A stretch of 64,000 nt of DNA, from sequence record PQ338057.1; one strand, given 5' to 3'. The position numbers and the translations under genes are program-made. The notes under the pieces were generated by a model. The model ran no database searches and was not told the DNA's origin. It was given only the letters and a program-made list of their open reading frames with translations. The DNA is from a phage. Positions 53,782-64,000 of the stretch are shown one piece after another. The stretch's first letter is position 1, and each line of letters starts with the position of its first letter.

Positions 53782-54444
53782 TTAAATCGACGTTCTGCCA
53801 AACGCCCCCAGCCAGTCCTGCTCAAACTTCGCCACCGCGGCATCGACAGCCGGATAGCTAATCATCTGTTGTGCCACATCCAGTGGCAGAGTAATTGATT
53901 CACATCCTGCCAGTAAGCAGTCCAGCGCCTGACGCGGGGTTTTGAAACTCGCTGCCAGCACTTTCGCCTGCGGCGCATGCATTTTCAATAACTGGTGTAA
54001 GTCGGTCACAGTCTGAATGCCGCTACCGCCCTGAGCATCAATACGGTTGACGTAAGGCGCAACATATTCCGCACCTGCCAGCGCCGACAGCAGCCCTTGT
54101 GCCGCGCCATATACCGCGGTTCCCAGCGTCGTAATCCCTTCCGCTTTTAACATCTTAATCGCTGCCAGCCCCTCGGCGGTCACCGGAACTTTCACCACGA
54201 TATCCGCAATAATAGAACGCAGCTTAAGCGCGTCATTAACCATCCCTTCGGCAGTGGTAGCCATTACCTGGGCAAACAGACGCCCCTGACCGCCCATCGC
54301 TTCATGAAGTTCCGGAAGCACAACATCCAGCGGTTTTTTACCCGCGGCGATAATGCTTGGGTTAGTGGTCACACCCGCCAGCGGAAAAATACGTGACAGC
54401 GCCTTCACCGCAACAACGTCTGAAGTATCCAGATACAGTTCCAT
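53782..54444 (-). CDS. fsaA: fructose-6-phosphate aldolase 1 (FsaA/MipB), 220 aa from [10 protein letters not shown]
   Basis: Transaldolase-like sequence; start at internal Met of track ORF. Confidence 0.85.
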   Translation of the reverse strand: MELYLDTSDVVAVKALSRIFPLAGVTTNPSIIAAGKKPLDVVLPELHEAMGGQGRLFAQVMATTAEGMVNDALKLRSIIADIVVKVPVTAEGLAAIKMLKAEGITTLGTAVYGAAQGLLSALAGAEYVAPYVNRIDAQGGSGIQTVTDLHQLLKMHAPQAKVLAASFKTPRQALDCLLAGCESITLPLDVAQQMISYPAVDAAVAKFEQDWLGAFGRTSI

Positions 54445-54574
54445 AACCATCCTCAAAATGTACTTTTTGTCTGAATGTAGACTATCACGGGAAAACTCTC
54501 TGAACAGTTGACGCACATCAATCTAACCTTCATTCGAAAGTATTTTAATGTTTGAACGAAACAGAGAGGCAACT

Positions 54575-55474
54575 ATGATTTTCAATATTCAGCGCTACTC
54601 GACCCATGATGGCCCCGGTATCCGCACGGTCGTATTTCTTAAAGGCTGTTCGCTGGGCTGCCGCTGGTGTCAGAACCCGGAAAGCCGCGCCCGCACGCAG
54701 GATCTGCTGTATGACGCACGACTGTGTCTGGAAGGCTGCGAGCTGTGCGCTAAGGCCGCGCCGGAAGTGATTGAGCGCGCGCTGAATGGTTTGCTTATTC
54801 ATCGGGAAAAGTTAACCCCGGAGCATCTGACGGCGTTAACCGACTGCTGTCCGACACAGGCGTTAACCGTGTGTGGTGAAGTGAAAAGCGTTGAGGAGAT
54901 CATGGCGACCGTTTTGCGCGATAAACCGTTTTACGATCGCAGCGGCGGCGGCTTAACGCTTTCGGGTGGTGAACCCTTTATGCAGCCGGAGATGGCGACG
55001 GCGCTACTGCAAGCCAGCCACGAGGCAGGCATTCATACTGCAGTAGAAACCTGTCTGCATGTGCCGTGGAAATATATCGCCCCTTCTCTGCCCTATATCG
55101 ATCTGTTTCTTGCCGATTTAAAACACGTTGCCGACGCGCCGTTTAAACAGTGGACCGACGGTAACGCCGCCAGAGTGCTGGATAACCTGAAAAAACTCGC
55201 CGCAGCGGGCAAAAAAATCATTATCCGCGTGCCGCTGATTCAGGGCTTTAATGCCGACGAAACCTCTGTAAAAGCCATTACCGATTTTGCCGCCGACGAG
55301 CTGCACGTTGGCGAAATTCATTTCCTGCCCTACCACACGCTGGGCATCAACAAATATCACTTACTTAATCTGCCCTATGACGCCCCGGAAAAACCGCTTG
55401 ATGCGCCAGAACTGCTCGATTTTGCCCAGCAGTATGCCTGCCAGAAAGGGTTAACCGCGACCTTACGAGGATAA
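54575..55474 (+). CDS. ybiY: glycyl-radical enzyme activating protein YbiY (PflE)
   Basis: CxxxCxxC radical-SAM motif (CSLGCRWC); precedes glycyl-radical enzyme gene; start uncertain (54548 or 54575). Confidence 0.8.
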   Translation: MIFNIQRYSTHDGPGIRTVVFLKGCSLGCRWCQNPESRARTQDLLYDARLCLEGCELCAKAAPEVIERALNGLLIHREKLTPEHLTALTDCCPTQALTVCGEVKSVEEIMATVLRDKPFYDRSGGGLTLSGGEPFMQPEMATALLQASHEAGIHTAVETCLHVPWKYIAPSLPYIDLFLADLKHVADAPFKQWTDGNAARVLDNLKKLAAAGKKIIIRVPLIQGFNADETSVKAITDFAADELHVGEIHFLPYHTLGINKYHLLNLPYDAPEKPLDAPELLDFAQQYACQKGLTATLRG

Positions 55475-55479
55475 CAACC

Positions 55480-57912
55480 ATGACCACACTGAAACTGGAC
55501 ACGCTCAGCGACCGCATTAAAGCGCACAAAAATGCGCTGGTGCATATTGTGAAACCGCCAGTCTGTACCGAGCGCGCGCAGCACTATACCGAGATGTATC
55601 AACAACATCTCGATAAGCCGATCCCGGTACGTCGCGCGCTGGCACTGGCGCATCACCTGGCGAATCGCACTATCTGGATCAAGCACGATGAGTTGATCAT
55701 TGGCAACCAGGCAAGCGAAGTTCGCGCCGCGCCGATCTTCCCGGAATATACCGTCTCCTGGATCGAAAAAGAGATTGATGATCTGGCAGATCGTCCGGGT
55801 GCTGGTTTTGCGGTGAGCGAAGAGAACAAACGTGTTCTGCATGAAGTGTGCCCTTGGTGGCGCGGTCAGACGGTACAGGATCGTTGCTACGGCATGTTTA
55901 CCGATGAGCAAAAAGGTCTGCTGGCGACCGGAATCATTAAAGCGGAGGGCAATATGACTTCCGGCGATGCGCACCTGGCGGTGAATTTCCCGCTGCTGCT
56001 GGAAAAAGGGCTTGATGGTCTGCGCGAGAAAGTAGCGGAACGTCGCTCGCGCATCAACCTGACGGTGCTGGAAGATTTACACGGTGAGCAATTCCTGAAA
56101 GCGATTGATATCGTGCTGGTGGCAGTCAGTGAACACATTGAACGTTTCGCTGCCCTGGCGCGTGAAATGGCCGCGACCGAAACCCGCGAAAGCCGTCGCG
56201 ATGAACTGCTGGCGATGGCAGAAAACTGCGATCTTATCGCCCACCAGCCGCCGCAGACTTTCTGGCAGGCGCTGCAACTGTGTTACTTCATCCAGTTGAT
56301 TTTGCAGATCGAATCTAACGGTCACTCAGTATCGTTTGGTCGTATGGACCAGTATCTCTACCCGTACTATCGCCGCGACGTTGAACTCAACCAGACGCTG
56401 GATCGCGAACACGCCATCGAGATGCTGCATAGCTGCTGGCTGAAACTGCTGGAAGTGAACAAGATCCGCTCCGGCTCACACTCAAAAGCCTCTGCGGGAA
56501 GTCCGCTGTATCAGAACGTCACTATTGGCGGGCAAAATCTGGTTGATGGTCAACCAATGGACGCGGTGAATCCACTCTCTTACGCGATCCTCGAATCCTG
56601 CGGTCGCCTGCGTTCCACTCAGCCTAACCTCAGCGTGCGTTACCATGCAGGAATGAGCAACGATTTCCTCGACGCCTGCGTACAGGTGATCCGTTGCGGC
56701 TTCGGGATGCCGGCATTCAACAACGACGAAATCGTGATCCCGGAATTTATTAAACTCGGTATTGAACCGCAGGACGCTTACGACTACGCAGCGATTGGTT
56801 GTATCGAAACCGCCGTCGGTGGCAAATGGGGCTATCGCTGTACCGGCATGAGCTTTATCAACTTCGCCCGCGTGATGCTGGCTGCGCTGGAAGGCGGTCG
56901 TGATGCCACCAGCGGCAAAGTGTTCCTGGCACAAGAAAAAGCGTTGTCGGCAGGTAACTTCAACAACTTCGATGAAGTAATGGACGCGTGGGATACGCAA
57001 ATCCGTTACTACACCCGCAAATCAATCGAAATCGAATATGTCGTCGACACCATGCTGGAAGAGAACGTGCACGATATTCTCTGCTCGGCGCTGGTGGATG
57101 ACTGTATTGAGCGAGCAAAAAGTATCAAGCAAGGCGGCGCGAAATATGACTGGGTTTCTGGCCTGCAGGTCGGCATTGCCAACCTCGGCAACAGCCTGGC
57201 GGCAGTGAAGAAACTGGTGTTTGAACAGGGCGCGATTGGTCAGCAACAGCTGGCTGCCGCACTGGCGGATGACTTCGACGGCCTGACTCATGAGCAACTG
57301 CGTCAGCGGCTGATTAACGGTGCGCCGAAGTACGGTAACGACGATGATACTGTCGATACGCTGCTGGCTCGCGCTTATCAGACCTATATCGACGAACTGA
57401 AACAGTACCATAATCCGCGCTACGGTCGTGGTCCGGTTGGCGGCAACTATTACGCGGGTACGTCATCAATCTCCGCTAACGTACCGTTTGGCGCGCAGAC
57501 TATGGCAACACCGGACGGGCGTAAAGCCCACACCCCGCTGGCAGAAGGCGCAAGCCCGGCCTCCGGTACTGACCATCTTGGCCCTACTGCGGTCATTGGC
57601 TCAGTGGGTAAACTGCCTACGGCAGCGATTCTCGGCGGCGTGTTGCTCAACCAGAAACTGAATCCGGCAACGCTGGAGAACGAATCTGACAAGCAGAAAC
57701 TGATGATCCTGCTGCGTACCTTCTTTGAAGTGCATAAAGGCTGGCATATTCAGTACAACATCGTTTCCCGCGAAACGCTGCTGGATGCGAAAAAACATCC
57801 CGATCAGTATCGCGATCTGGTAGTGCGTGTCGCGGGCTATTCCGCGTTCTTCACCGCGCTCTCTCCAGACGCTCAGGACGATATCATCGCCCGTACTGAA
57901 CATATGCTGTAA
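55480..57912 (+). CDS. ybiW: PFL-like glycyl radical enzyme YbiW (PflF), 810 aa
   Basis: 810-aa ORF with C-terminal glycyl radical motif (RVAGYSA). Confidence 0.9.
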   Translation: MTTLKLDTLSDRIKAHKNALVHIVKPPVCTERAQHYTEMYQQHLDKPIPVRRALALAHHLANRTIWIKHDELIIGNQASEVRAAPIFPEYTVSWIEKEIDDLADRPGAGFAVSEENKRVLHEVCPWWRGQTVQDRCYGMFTDEQKGLLATGIIKAEGNMTSGDAHLAVNFPLLLEKGLDGLREKVAERRSRINLTVLEDLHGEQFLKAIDIVLVAVSEHIERFAALAREMAATETRESRRDELLAMAENCDLIAHQPPQTFWQALQLCYFIQLILQIESNGHSVSFGRMDQYLYPYYRRDVELNQTLDREHAIEMLHSCWLKLLEVNKIRSGSHSKASAGSPLYQNVTIGGQNLVDGQPMDAVNPLSYAILESCGRLRSTQPNLSVRYHAGMSNDFLDACVQVIRCGFGMPAFNNDEIVIPEFIKLGIEPQDAYDYAAIGCIETAVGGKWGYRCTGMSFINFARVMLAALEGGRDATSGKVFLAQEKALSAGNFNNFDEVMDAWDTQIRYYTRKSIEIEYVVDTMLEENVHDILCSALVDDCIERAKSIKQGGAKYDWVSGLQVGIANLGNSLAAVKKLVFEQGAIGQQQLAAALADDFDGLTHEQLRQRLINGAPKYGNDDDTVDTLLARAYQTYIDELKQYHNPRYGRGPVGGNYYAGTSSISANVPFGAQTMATPDGRKAHTPLAEGASPASGTDHLGPTAVIGSVGKLPTAAILGGVLLNQKLNPATLENESDKQKLMILLRTFFEVHKGWHIQYNIVSRETLLDAKKHPDQYRDLVVRVAGYSAFFTALSPDAQDDIIARTEHML

Positions 57913-58057
57913 TCTCCTCGGCCCGGCGGCGTCGTCGCCGGGCTAAATCATTCACATCATCAATTTCATCCTTACTTTCATTCGAAATATAATTTGTGCT
58001 CTGCGTCACATTGTTATTACACTGTTACGGTTTCATTTTCGAGCCAGGAGCACACCT

Positions 58058-58873
58058 ATGAGCGTAAAAGTTATCGTCACAGACATGGACGGTACTTTTC
58101 TTAACGACGCCAAAACGTACAACCAACCACGTTTTATGGCGCAATATCAGGAACTGAAAAAGCGCGGCATTAAGTTCGTTGTTGCCAGCGGTAATCAGTA
58201 TTACCAGCTTATTTCATTCTTTCCTGAGCTAAAGGATGAGATCTCTTTTGTCGCGGAAAACGGCGCACTGGTTTACGAACATGGCAAGCAGTTGTTCCAC
58301 GGCGAACTGACCCGACATGAATCGCGGATTGTTATTGGCGAGTTGCTAAAAGATAAGCAACTCAATTTTGTCGCCTGCGGTCTGCAAAGTGCATATGTCA
58401 GCGAAAATGCCCCCGAAGCATTTGTCGCACTGATGGCAAAACACTACCATCGCCTGAAACCTGTAAAAGATTATCAGGAGATTGACGACGTACTGTTCAA
58501 GTTTTCGCTCAACCTGCCGGATGAACAAATCCCGTTAGTGATCGACAAACTGCACGTAGCGCTCGATGGCATTATGAAACCCGTTACCAGTGGTTTTGGC
58601 TTTATCGACCTGATTATTCCCGGTCTACATAAAGCAAACGGTATTTCGCGGTTACTGAAACGCTGGGATCTGTCACCGCAAAATGTGGTAGCGATTGGCG
58701 ACAGCGGTAACGATGCGGAGATGCTGAAAATGGCGCGTTATTCCTTTGCGATGGGCAATGCTGCGGAAAACATTAAACAAATCGCCCGTTACGCTACCGA
58801 TGATAATAATCATGAAGGCGCGCTGAATGTGATTCAGGCGGTGCTGGATAACACATCCCCTTTTAACAGCTGA
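58058..58873 (+). CDS. ybiV: HAD-family sugar phosphatase YbiV (SupH), 271 aa
   Basis: DMDGT motif; paralogue of ybjI. Confidence 0.85.
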
Positions 58874-59024
58874 CCTCTCTACCGGAGCCGTGCGCTCCGG
58901 TTTTCCCTTCTTTTTACATCCTGTACATCACATCAAATCATTAAACTTGCATTAACTTATTTATAACTTATATTGTCACATGCAAATCAGAATGGTTTCG
59001 AATGAAAGTTAATGAGAGGTGGTT

Positions 59025-60290
59025 ATGGCTTCTACTTTTACCAGCGACACATTGCCTGCCGATCACAAAGCAGCTATCCGTCAGATGAAGCACGCGCTGC
59101 GGGCGCAGCTTGGCGACGTCCAGCAGATCTTTAATCAGCTAAGCGATGACATTGCCACGCGAGTGGCTGAAATCAACGCACTCAAAGCACAGGGCGATGC
59201 CGTCTGGCCGGTGCTGTCTTATGCCGATATCAAAGCAGGTCATGTTACTGCAGAGCAGCGCGAACAGATTAAACGTCGCGGTTGTGCGGTGATAAAAGGC
59301 CATTTCCCCCGCGAACAAGCGCTAGGCTGGGATCAGTCGATGCTGGACTATCTGGACCGCAACCGCTTTGACGAGGTCTACAAAGGCCCCGGCGATAATT
59401 TCTTCGGGACGCTCAGCGCTTCACGTCCCGAGATTTACCCCATCTACTGGTCGCAGGCGCAAATGCAGGCCCGCCAGAGTGAAGAAATGGCGAATGCGCA
59501 GTCGTTTCTCAATCGTCTGTGGACATTTGAAAGTGATGGAAAGCAATGGTTTAACCCGGATGTGAGCGTCATCTACCCTGACCGTATCCGCCGCCGTCCG
59601 CCCGGAACGACCTCCAAAGGTCTTGGAGCGCATACCGACTCCGGGGCACTGGAACGCTGGCTGCTTCCAGCGTATCAGCGCGTTTTCGCCAACGTCTTTA
59701 ATGGCAATCTGGCGCAATATGATCCCTGGCATGCGGCACATCGTACGGAAGTTGAAGAGTACACGGTGGACAACACCACCAAATGTTCCGTGTTTCGGAC
59801 ATTCCAGGGCTGGACAGCGCTCTCTGATATGCTGCCTGGTCAGGGGCTGCTGCACGTCGTGCCCATTCCTGAAGCTATGGCGTACGTACTGTTACGTCCG
59901 CTGCTTGATGATGTGCCGGAGGATGAACTGTGCGGCGTAGCGCCCGGAAGAGTATTGCCGGTATCAGAGCAATGGCATCCACTGTTGATTGAGGCGTTAA
60001 CCAGCATTCCAAAACTCGAAGCCGGAGACTCCGTCTGGTGGCACTGCGACGTCATCCATTCCGTTGCCCCCGTTGAAAATCAACAAGGTTGGGGCAACGT
60101 GATGTACATTCCTGCGGCACCGATGTGCGAGAAAAATCTTGCCTACGCGCACAAGGTGAAGGCCGCACTGGAAAAAGGCGCATCGCCGGGCGACTTCCCG
60201 CGCGAGGACTATGAAACAAACTGGGAAGGACGCTTTACGCTTGCCGACCTCAACATTCACGGTAAGCGAGCGTTGGGCATGGATGTTTGA
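59025..60290 (+). CDS. ybiU: DUF1479-family protein YbiU, 421 aa
   Basis: Length and synteny. Confidence 0.75.
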   Translation: MASTFTSDTLPADHKAAIRQMKHALRAQLGDVQQIFNQLSDDIATRVAEINALKAQGDAVWPVLSYADIKAGHVTAEQREQIKRRGCAVIKGHFPREQALGWDQSMLDYLDRNRFDEVYKGPGDNFFGTLSASRPEIYPIYWSQAQMQARQSEEMANAQSFLNRLWTFESDGKQWFNPDVSVIYPDRIRRRPPGTTSKGLGAHTDSGALERWLLPAYQRVFANVFNGNLAQYDPWHAAHRTEVEEYTVDNTTKCSVFRTFQGWTALSDMLPGQGLLHVVPIPEAMAYVLLRPLLDDVPEDELCGVAPGRVLPVSEQWHPLLIEALTSIPKLEAGDSVWWHCDVIHSVAPVENQQGWGNVMYIPAAPMCEKNLAYAHKVKAALEKGASPGDFPREDYETNWEGRFTLADLNIHGKRALGMDV

Positions 60291-60372
60291 GAATTAATGG
60301 AAGTGAATTGATGTGGGATTAAGAAAATCGATTCGACGTTACTCAGATTGCTGACAAATGCGCTTTGTTAAT

Positions 60373-60397
60373 GCCTGATAAGCGTAGCGCATCAGGC
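60373..60397. repeat. REP-like palindromic element between convergent ybiU and ybiT
   Basis: gcctgataagcgtagcgcatcaggc; a second 10-bp perfect inverted repeat lies at 60411-60439. Confidence 0.5.
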
Positions 60398-60457
60398 TAT
60401 TTTGCATTTGTCATCAGCCGCCGTCACCCCGACAGTATCGGGGTGACGGATAATCAC

Positions 60458-62050
60458 TTACTCGATCCCTTTACTACGCAGGTAATCTTCGTAATTACCG
60501 CTAAAGTCGATCACGCGTTCCGGGGTGATTTCCAGAATGCGGGTCGCCAGGGAGCTTACGAACTCACGGTCGTGTGAAACAAAGATCAGCGTGCCCTGAT
60601 ACAGTTCCAGTGCCATGTTCAGCGACTCAATGGATTCCATATCCAGGTGGTTGGTCGGTTCGTCCATGATCAGAATGTTCGGCTTCTGCATCATTAACTT
60701 ACCAAACAGCATCCGCCCTTTTTCCCCACCGGAAAGCACTTTAGCTGGCTTTTTGATGTCGTCCTGGCTGAACAGCAAACGACCGAGAATGCTGCGTACC
60801 GCCTGCTCGTCATCGCCTTCCTGCTTCCACTGGCTCATCCATTCGAACACGGTCAGATCATTTTCAAACTCATATTCGTGGTCCTGAGCATAGTAACCAA
60901 TGCGCGCGTTTTCAGACCATTTTACGGTGCCGCTGTCCGGTTGCAGATCGCCCACCAGCGTTTTCAGCAGCGTTGATTTACCGACGCCGTTGGTACCCAG
61001 TACCGCCAGTTTTTCACCGACCTCCAGCAGCAGGTTGAGATTTTTAAACAGTGGACCGTTATCAAACCCTTTGGTCAGACCTTCCACTTCCAGCGCGTTA
61101 CGGAACAGTTTCTTATCCTGTTCAAAACGGATGAACGGGTTCTGACGGCTGGAGGCTTTCACCTCTTCCAGTTTGATTTTATCAATCTGGCGCGCGCGCG
61201 AAGTTGCCTGGCGAGATTTCGAGGCGTTGGCGCTAAAGCGGCTAACGAAAGATTGCAACTCAGCAATCTGCGCTTTCTTCTTGGCGTTATCGGCCAGCAG
61301 ACGTTCACGCGCCTGGGTCGCCGCCGTCATGTACTCATCGTAGTTACCCGGATAAACGCGCAGCTCGCCGTAATCCAGATCCGCCATGTGGGTACAAACC
61401 ATGTTAAGGAAGTGACGGTCGTGCGAGATGATGATCATGGTGCTGTCACGCTCGTTCAGCACCTGTTCCAGCCAGCGAATGGTGTCGATGTCGAGGTTAT
61501 TGGTCGGTTCGTCGAGCAGGAGAATATCCGGATCAGCAAACAGCGCCTGCGCCAGAAGCACACGCAGCTTCCAGCCAGGAGCAACTTCACTCATCGGGCC
61601 GTAGTGCTGTTCCACTGGAATTCCCACGCCAAGCAACAATTCACCGGCGCGAGCTTCCGCAGAGTAACCGTCCATTTCGCCGTATTTAACTTCCAGATCG
61701 GCCACTTTATAGCCGTCTTCCTCACTCATTTCCGGCAAAGCATAGATGCGGTCACGCTCCTGCTTCACTTCCCACAACTCTTTATGCCCCATGATCACCG
61801 TATCCAGCACAGTGAACTCTTCAAAGGCAAACTGATCCTGACGCAGCTTACCAATGCGCTCGTTGGGATCGAGGGAAACGTTACCCAAAGTCGGCTCTAA
61901 GTCGCCGCCGAGGATCTTCATAAAGGTGGATTTACCACTACCGTTCGCGCCAATCAGGCCGTAACGGTTGCCGCCGCCAAATTTGACGGAAATGTTTTCA
62001 AACAACGGCTTACTGCCGAACTGCATGGTGACGTTACTGGAAACTAACAC
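60458..62050 (-). CDS. ybiT: ABC-F family ATPase YbiT (two ABC domains), 530 aa
   Basis: Two Walker A motifs ([18 protein letters not shown]). Confidence 0.9.
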
Positions 62051-62268
62051 AGGCGTATCCTGAAAAGAGATATGACAAACCGCGCATTATGCCATAAGTC
62101 TGAAAGAAGATCCTGCTCCTCGTTTAAGGTCTACACTCAAGCCAAAGGCAAAAAATGTGATTTCGTACACATCTGATTTCACTGTGAGCTGGAATGAACT
62201 TATAATGCGCTTCCAATACTCTAATATTCTCAACCCAATGGCCTGCCAGGCACAAAATCTCGCTTAAC

Positions 62269-63189
62269 ATGAATATGAAATTGAAAACATTATTCGCAGC
62301 GGCCTTCGCTGTTGTCGGCTTTTGCAGTACCGCCTCTGCGGTAACTTATCCTCTGCCAACCGACGGGAGTCGCCTGGTTGGTCAGAATCAGGTGATCACC
62401 ATTCCTGAAGGTAACACTCAGCCGCTGGAGTATTTTGCCGCCGAGTACCAGATGGGGCTTTCCAATATGATGGAAGCGAACCCGGGTGTGGATACCTTCC
62501 TGCCGAAAGGCGGTACTGTACTGAACATTCCGCAGCAGCTGATCCTGCCGGATACCGTTCATGAAGGCATCGTCATTAACAGTGCTGAGATGCGTCTTTA
62601 TTACTATCCGAAAGGGACCAACACCGTTATCGTGCTGCCGATCGGCATTGGTCAGTTAGGCAAAGATACGCCTATCAACTGGACCACCAAAGTTGAGCGT
62701 AAAAAAGCAGGCCCGACCTGGACGCCGACCGCCAAAATGCACGCAGAGTACCGCGCTGCGGGCGAACCGCTTCCGGCTGTCGTTCCGGCAGGTCCGGATA
62801 ACCCGATGGGACTGTATGCACTCTATATCGGTCGCCTGTATGCTATCCATGGCACCAACGCCAACTTCGGTATCGGCCTGCGTGTAAGTCATGGTTGTGT
62901 GCGTCTGCGTAACGAAGACATCAAATTCCTGTTCGAGAAAGTACCGGTCGGTACCCGCGTACAGTTTATTGATGAGCCGGTAAAAGCGACCACCGAGCCA
63001 GACGGCAGCCGTTATATTGAAGTCCATAACCCGCTGTCTACCACCGAAGCCCAGTTTGAAGGTCAGGAAATTGTGCCAATTACCCTGACGAAGAGCGTGC
63101 AGACAGTGACCGGTCAGCCAGATGTTGACCAGGTTGTTCTTGATGAAGCGATTAAAAACCGCTCCGGGATGCCGGTTCGTCTGAATTAA
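62269..63189 (+). CDS. ldtB: L,D-transpeptidase LdtB (YbiS), 306 aa
   Basis: Signal peptide; YkuD catalytic region (HGT...SHGCVRL). Confidence 0.9.
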
Positions 63190-63211
63190 TCTTCAAAACT
63201 TAAAGCAAAAG

Positions 63212-63239
63212 GCGGACTCATAATCCGCCTTTTTTATTT
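63212..63239. terminator. bidirectional hairpin terminator between ybiS and ybiR
   Basis: ggcggactcataatccgcc followed by ttttttatttg. Confidence 0.55.
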
Positions 63240-63247
63240 GCCAGACC

Positions 63248-64000
63248 CTAGTTGGCCGGGAGTATAACTAACAAAACATATCCCACCAACGCCGCCCACA
63301 ACAGCATCGGTATTGAATAGAGATGGAAACGCCACCAGATGCGGCGATCGTTCGCCATACGTAGCGCAATCAAATTTGCCAGCGATCCGGGTAATAACCC
63401 AAAGCCACCTACGTTTACCGCCCATACCAGTAATAAAGACGGCGGCACATAGTTCAGCAACAATATGGTACTCGGCACGTTACTGATCACCTGCGATAAA
63501 CCGATTGCCGTTAACCATAACCCGGGTTCAGATAGATGACTCACGTTACCCAACACGCCTTGCAACGCTGGAAGCTGGGTCAGTAAATGGACGTCGATAA
63601 ACATCGCCATAAACACCAGCAGCAGCGTCCAGTCCACACTGAGCACCACGCGACGTGCCAGCAGCGCAAAGCCTGCCGCCACAATCACCAGTCCCCACAG
63701 CTCTTGTTTGAACTCCAGCGCCGTCAGAAAGACGATATACAGCCCCAGACAACTCCACACCAGCCGCGGTTTCCACTCCGGTGTTTGCACCCCCGTATGG
63801 TATTGCATCGCCTTTCCAGGGAAACAACACCAGCACAGGAGCAGGAGCGTCAGCATCATTGCGCCAGCCAGCGGTGCCATTTGGGCAATAAATCCGGCAA
63901 ACGAAAGACCAGAACGTCCCCAGATAAGAATATTTTGCGGGTTGCCAATTGGCGTCAGTAGCGAACCAGCGTTGACTGCCAGCGCCTCAAAAATAATCAG
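63248..64000 (-). CDS. ybiR: putative transporter YbiR, C-terminal part (gene continues beyond the window end)
   Basis: Hydrophobic ORF in frame to the window edge; synteny. Confidence 0.7.
   Translation of the reverse strand: MIIFEALAVNAGSLLTPIGNPQNILIWGRSGLSFAGFIAQMAPLAGAMMLTLLLLCWCCFPGKAMQYHTGVQTPEWKPRLVWSCLGLYIVFLTALEFKQELWGLVIVAAGFALLARRVVLSVDWTLLLVFMAMFIDVHLLTQLPALQGVLGNVSHLSEPGLWLTAIGLSQVISNVPSTILLLNYVPPSLLLVWAVNVGGFGLLPGSLANLIALRMANDRRIWWRFHLYSIPMLLWAALVGYVLLVILPAN

Noticed and set aside
56482-57903. Minus-strand ORFs within ybiW (56482..57000, 57022..57411, 57601..57903)
   Set aside because: Antisense shadows inside the glycyl radical enzyme gene
60411-60439. Perfect 10-bp inverted repeat downstream of ybiT, considered as a terminator
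   Set aside because: No T-run follows on either strand; more likely part of the REP-like element than an intrinsic terminator
61253-61900. Plus-strand 215-aa ORF
   Set aside because: Antisense within ybiT (ABC-F ATPase)
1-64000. CRISPR arrays, tRNA/rRNA genes, IS elements
   Set aside because: No short regularly spaced direct repeats, no tRNA-like cloverleaf candidates at the att sites, and no transposase ORFs or terminal inverted repeats were seen

Overview
This window is an Escherichia coli chromosomal segment (reverse orientation relative to the K-12 map) carrying a ~24 kb cryptic P2/186-like prophage that hosts retron Ec86 (Retron-Eco1). All identifications are by reading the sequence and ORF translations against recalled protein families; no database search was run. 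Chromosomal backbone, left: potF' (5' end), ybjN, rimK, nfsA, ybjC, grxA, ybjM, ybjL. The prophage (about 6010-30004) sits between the convergent 3' ends of ybjL and rcdA, flanked by a 23-bp direct repeat with one mismatch. It has an int / CI-like / Apl-like / CII-like switch, a Dam-like methyltransferase, the gpA replication protein, an SOS-box-controlled Tum/DinI-like operon, terminase P, portal Q, scaffold O, lysB/lysC, and tail genes R, S, V, W, J, I, H, G with an invertible tail-fibre segment, plus ogr. It looks defective: capsid, most lysis, and sheath/tube genes are absent, the invertase is truncated, and no cos site is evident. The accessory slot between portal Q and gene A carries the complete retron on the minus strand (NDT-like effector, msr-msd, RT); I recognise the RT and msr/msd as Ec86, so this is a described system. 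The candidates for something undescribed are four cargo ORFs without a recognisable family: an AT-rich multi-pass membrane protein between S and V, an acidic 111-aa protein next to the retron, a small secreted Cys-rich peptide between cI and int, and a 110-aa ORF between int and attR. Chromosomal backbone, right: rcdA, ybjJ, ybjI, ybjH, mdfA, ybjG, deoR, dacC, gstB, yliI, bssR, rimO, dgcI, pdeI (in-frame amber at codon 51), gsiDCBA, iaaA, moeA, moeB, fsaA, ybiY, ybiW, ybiV, ybiU, ybiT, ldtB, ybiR'. No tRNA, rRNA, CRISPR array or IS element was seen.
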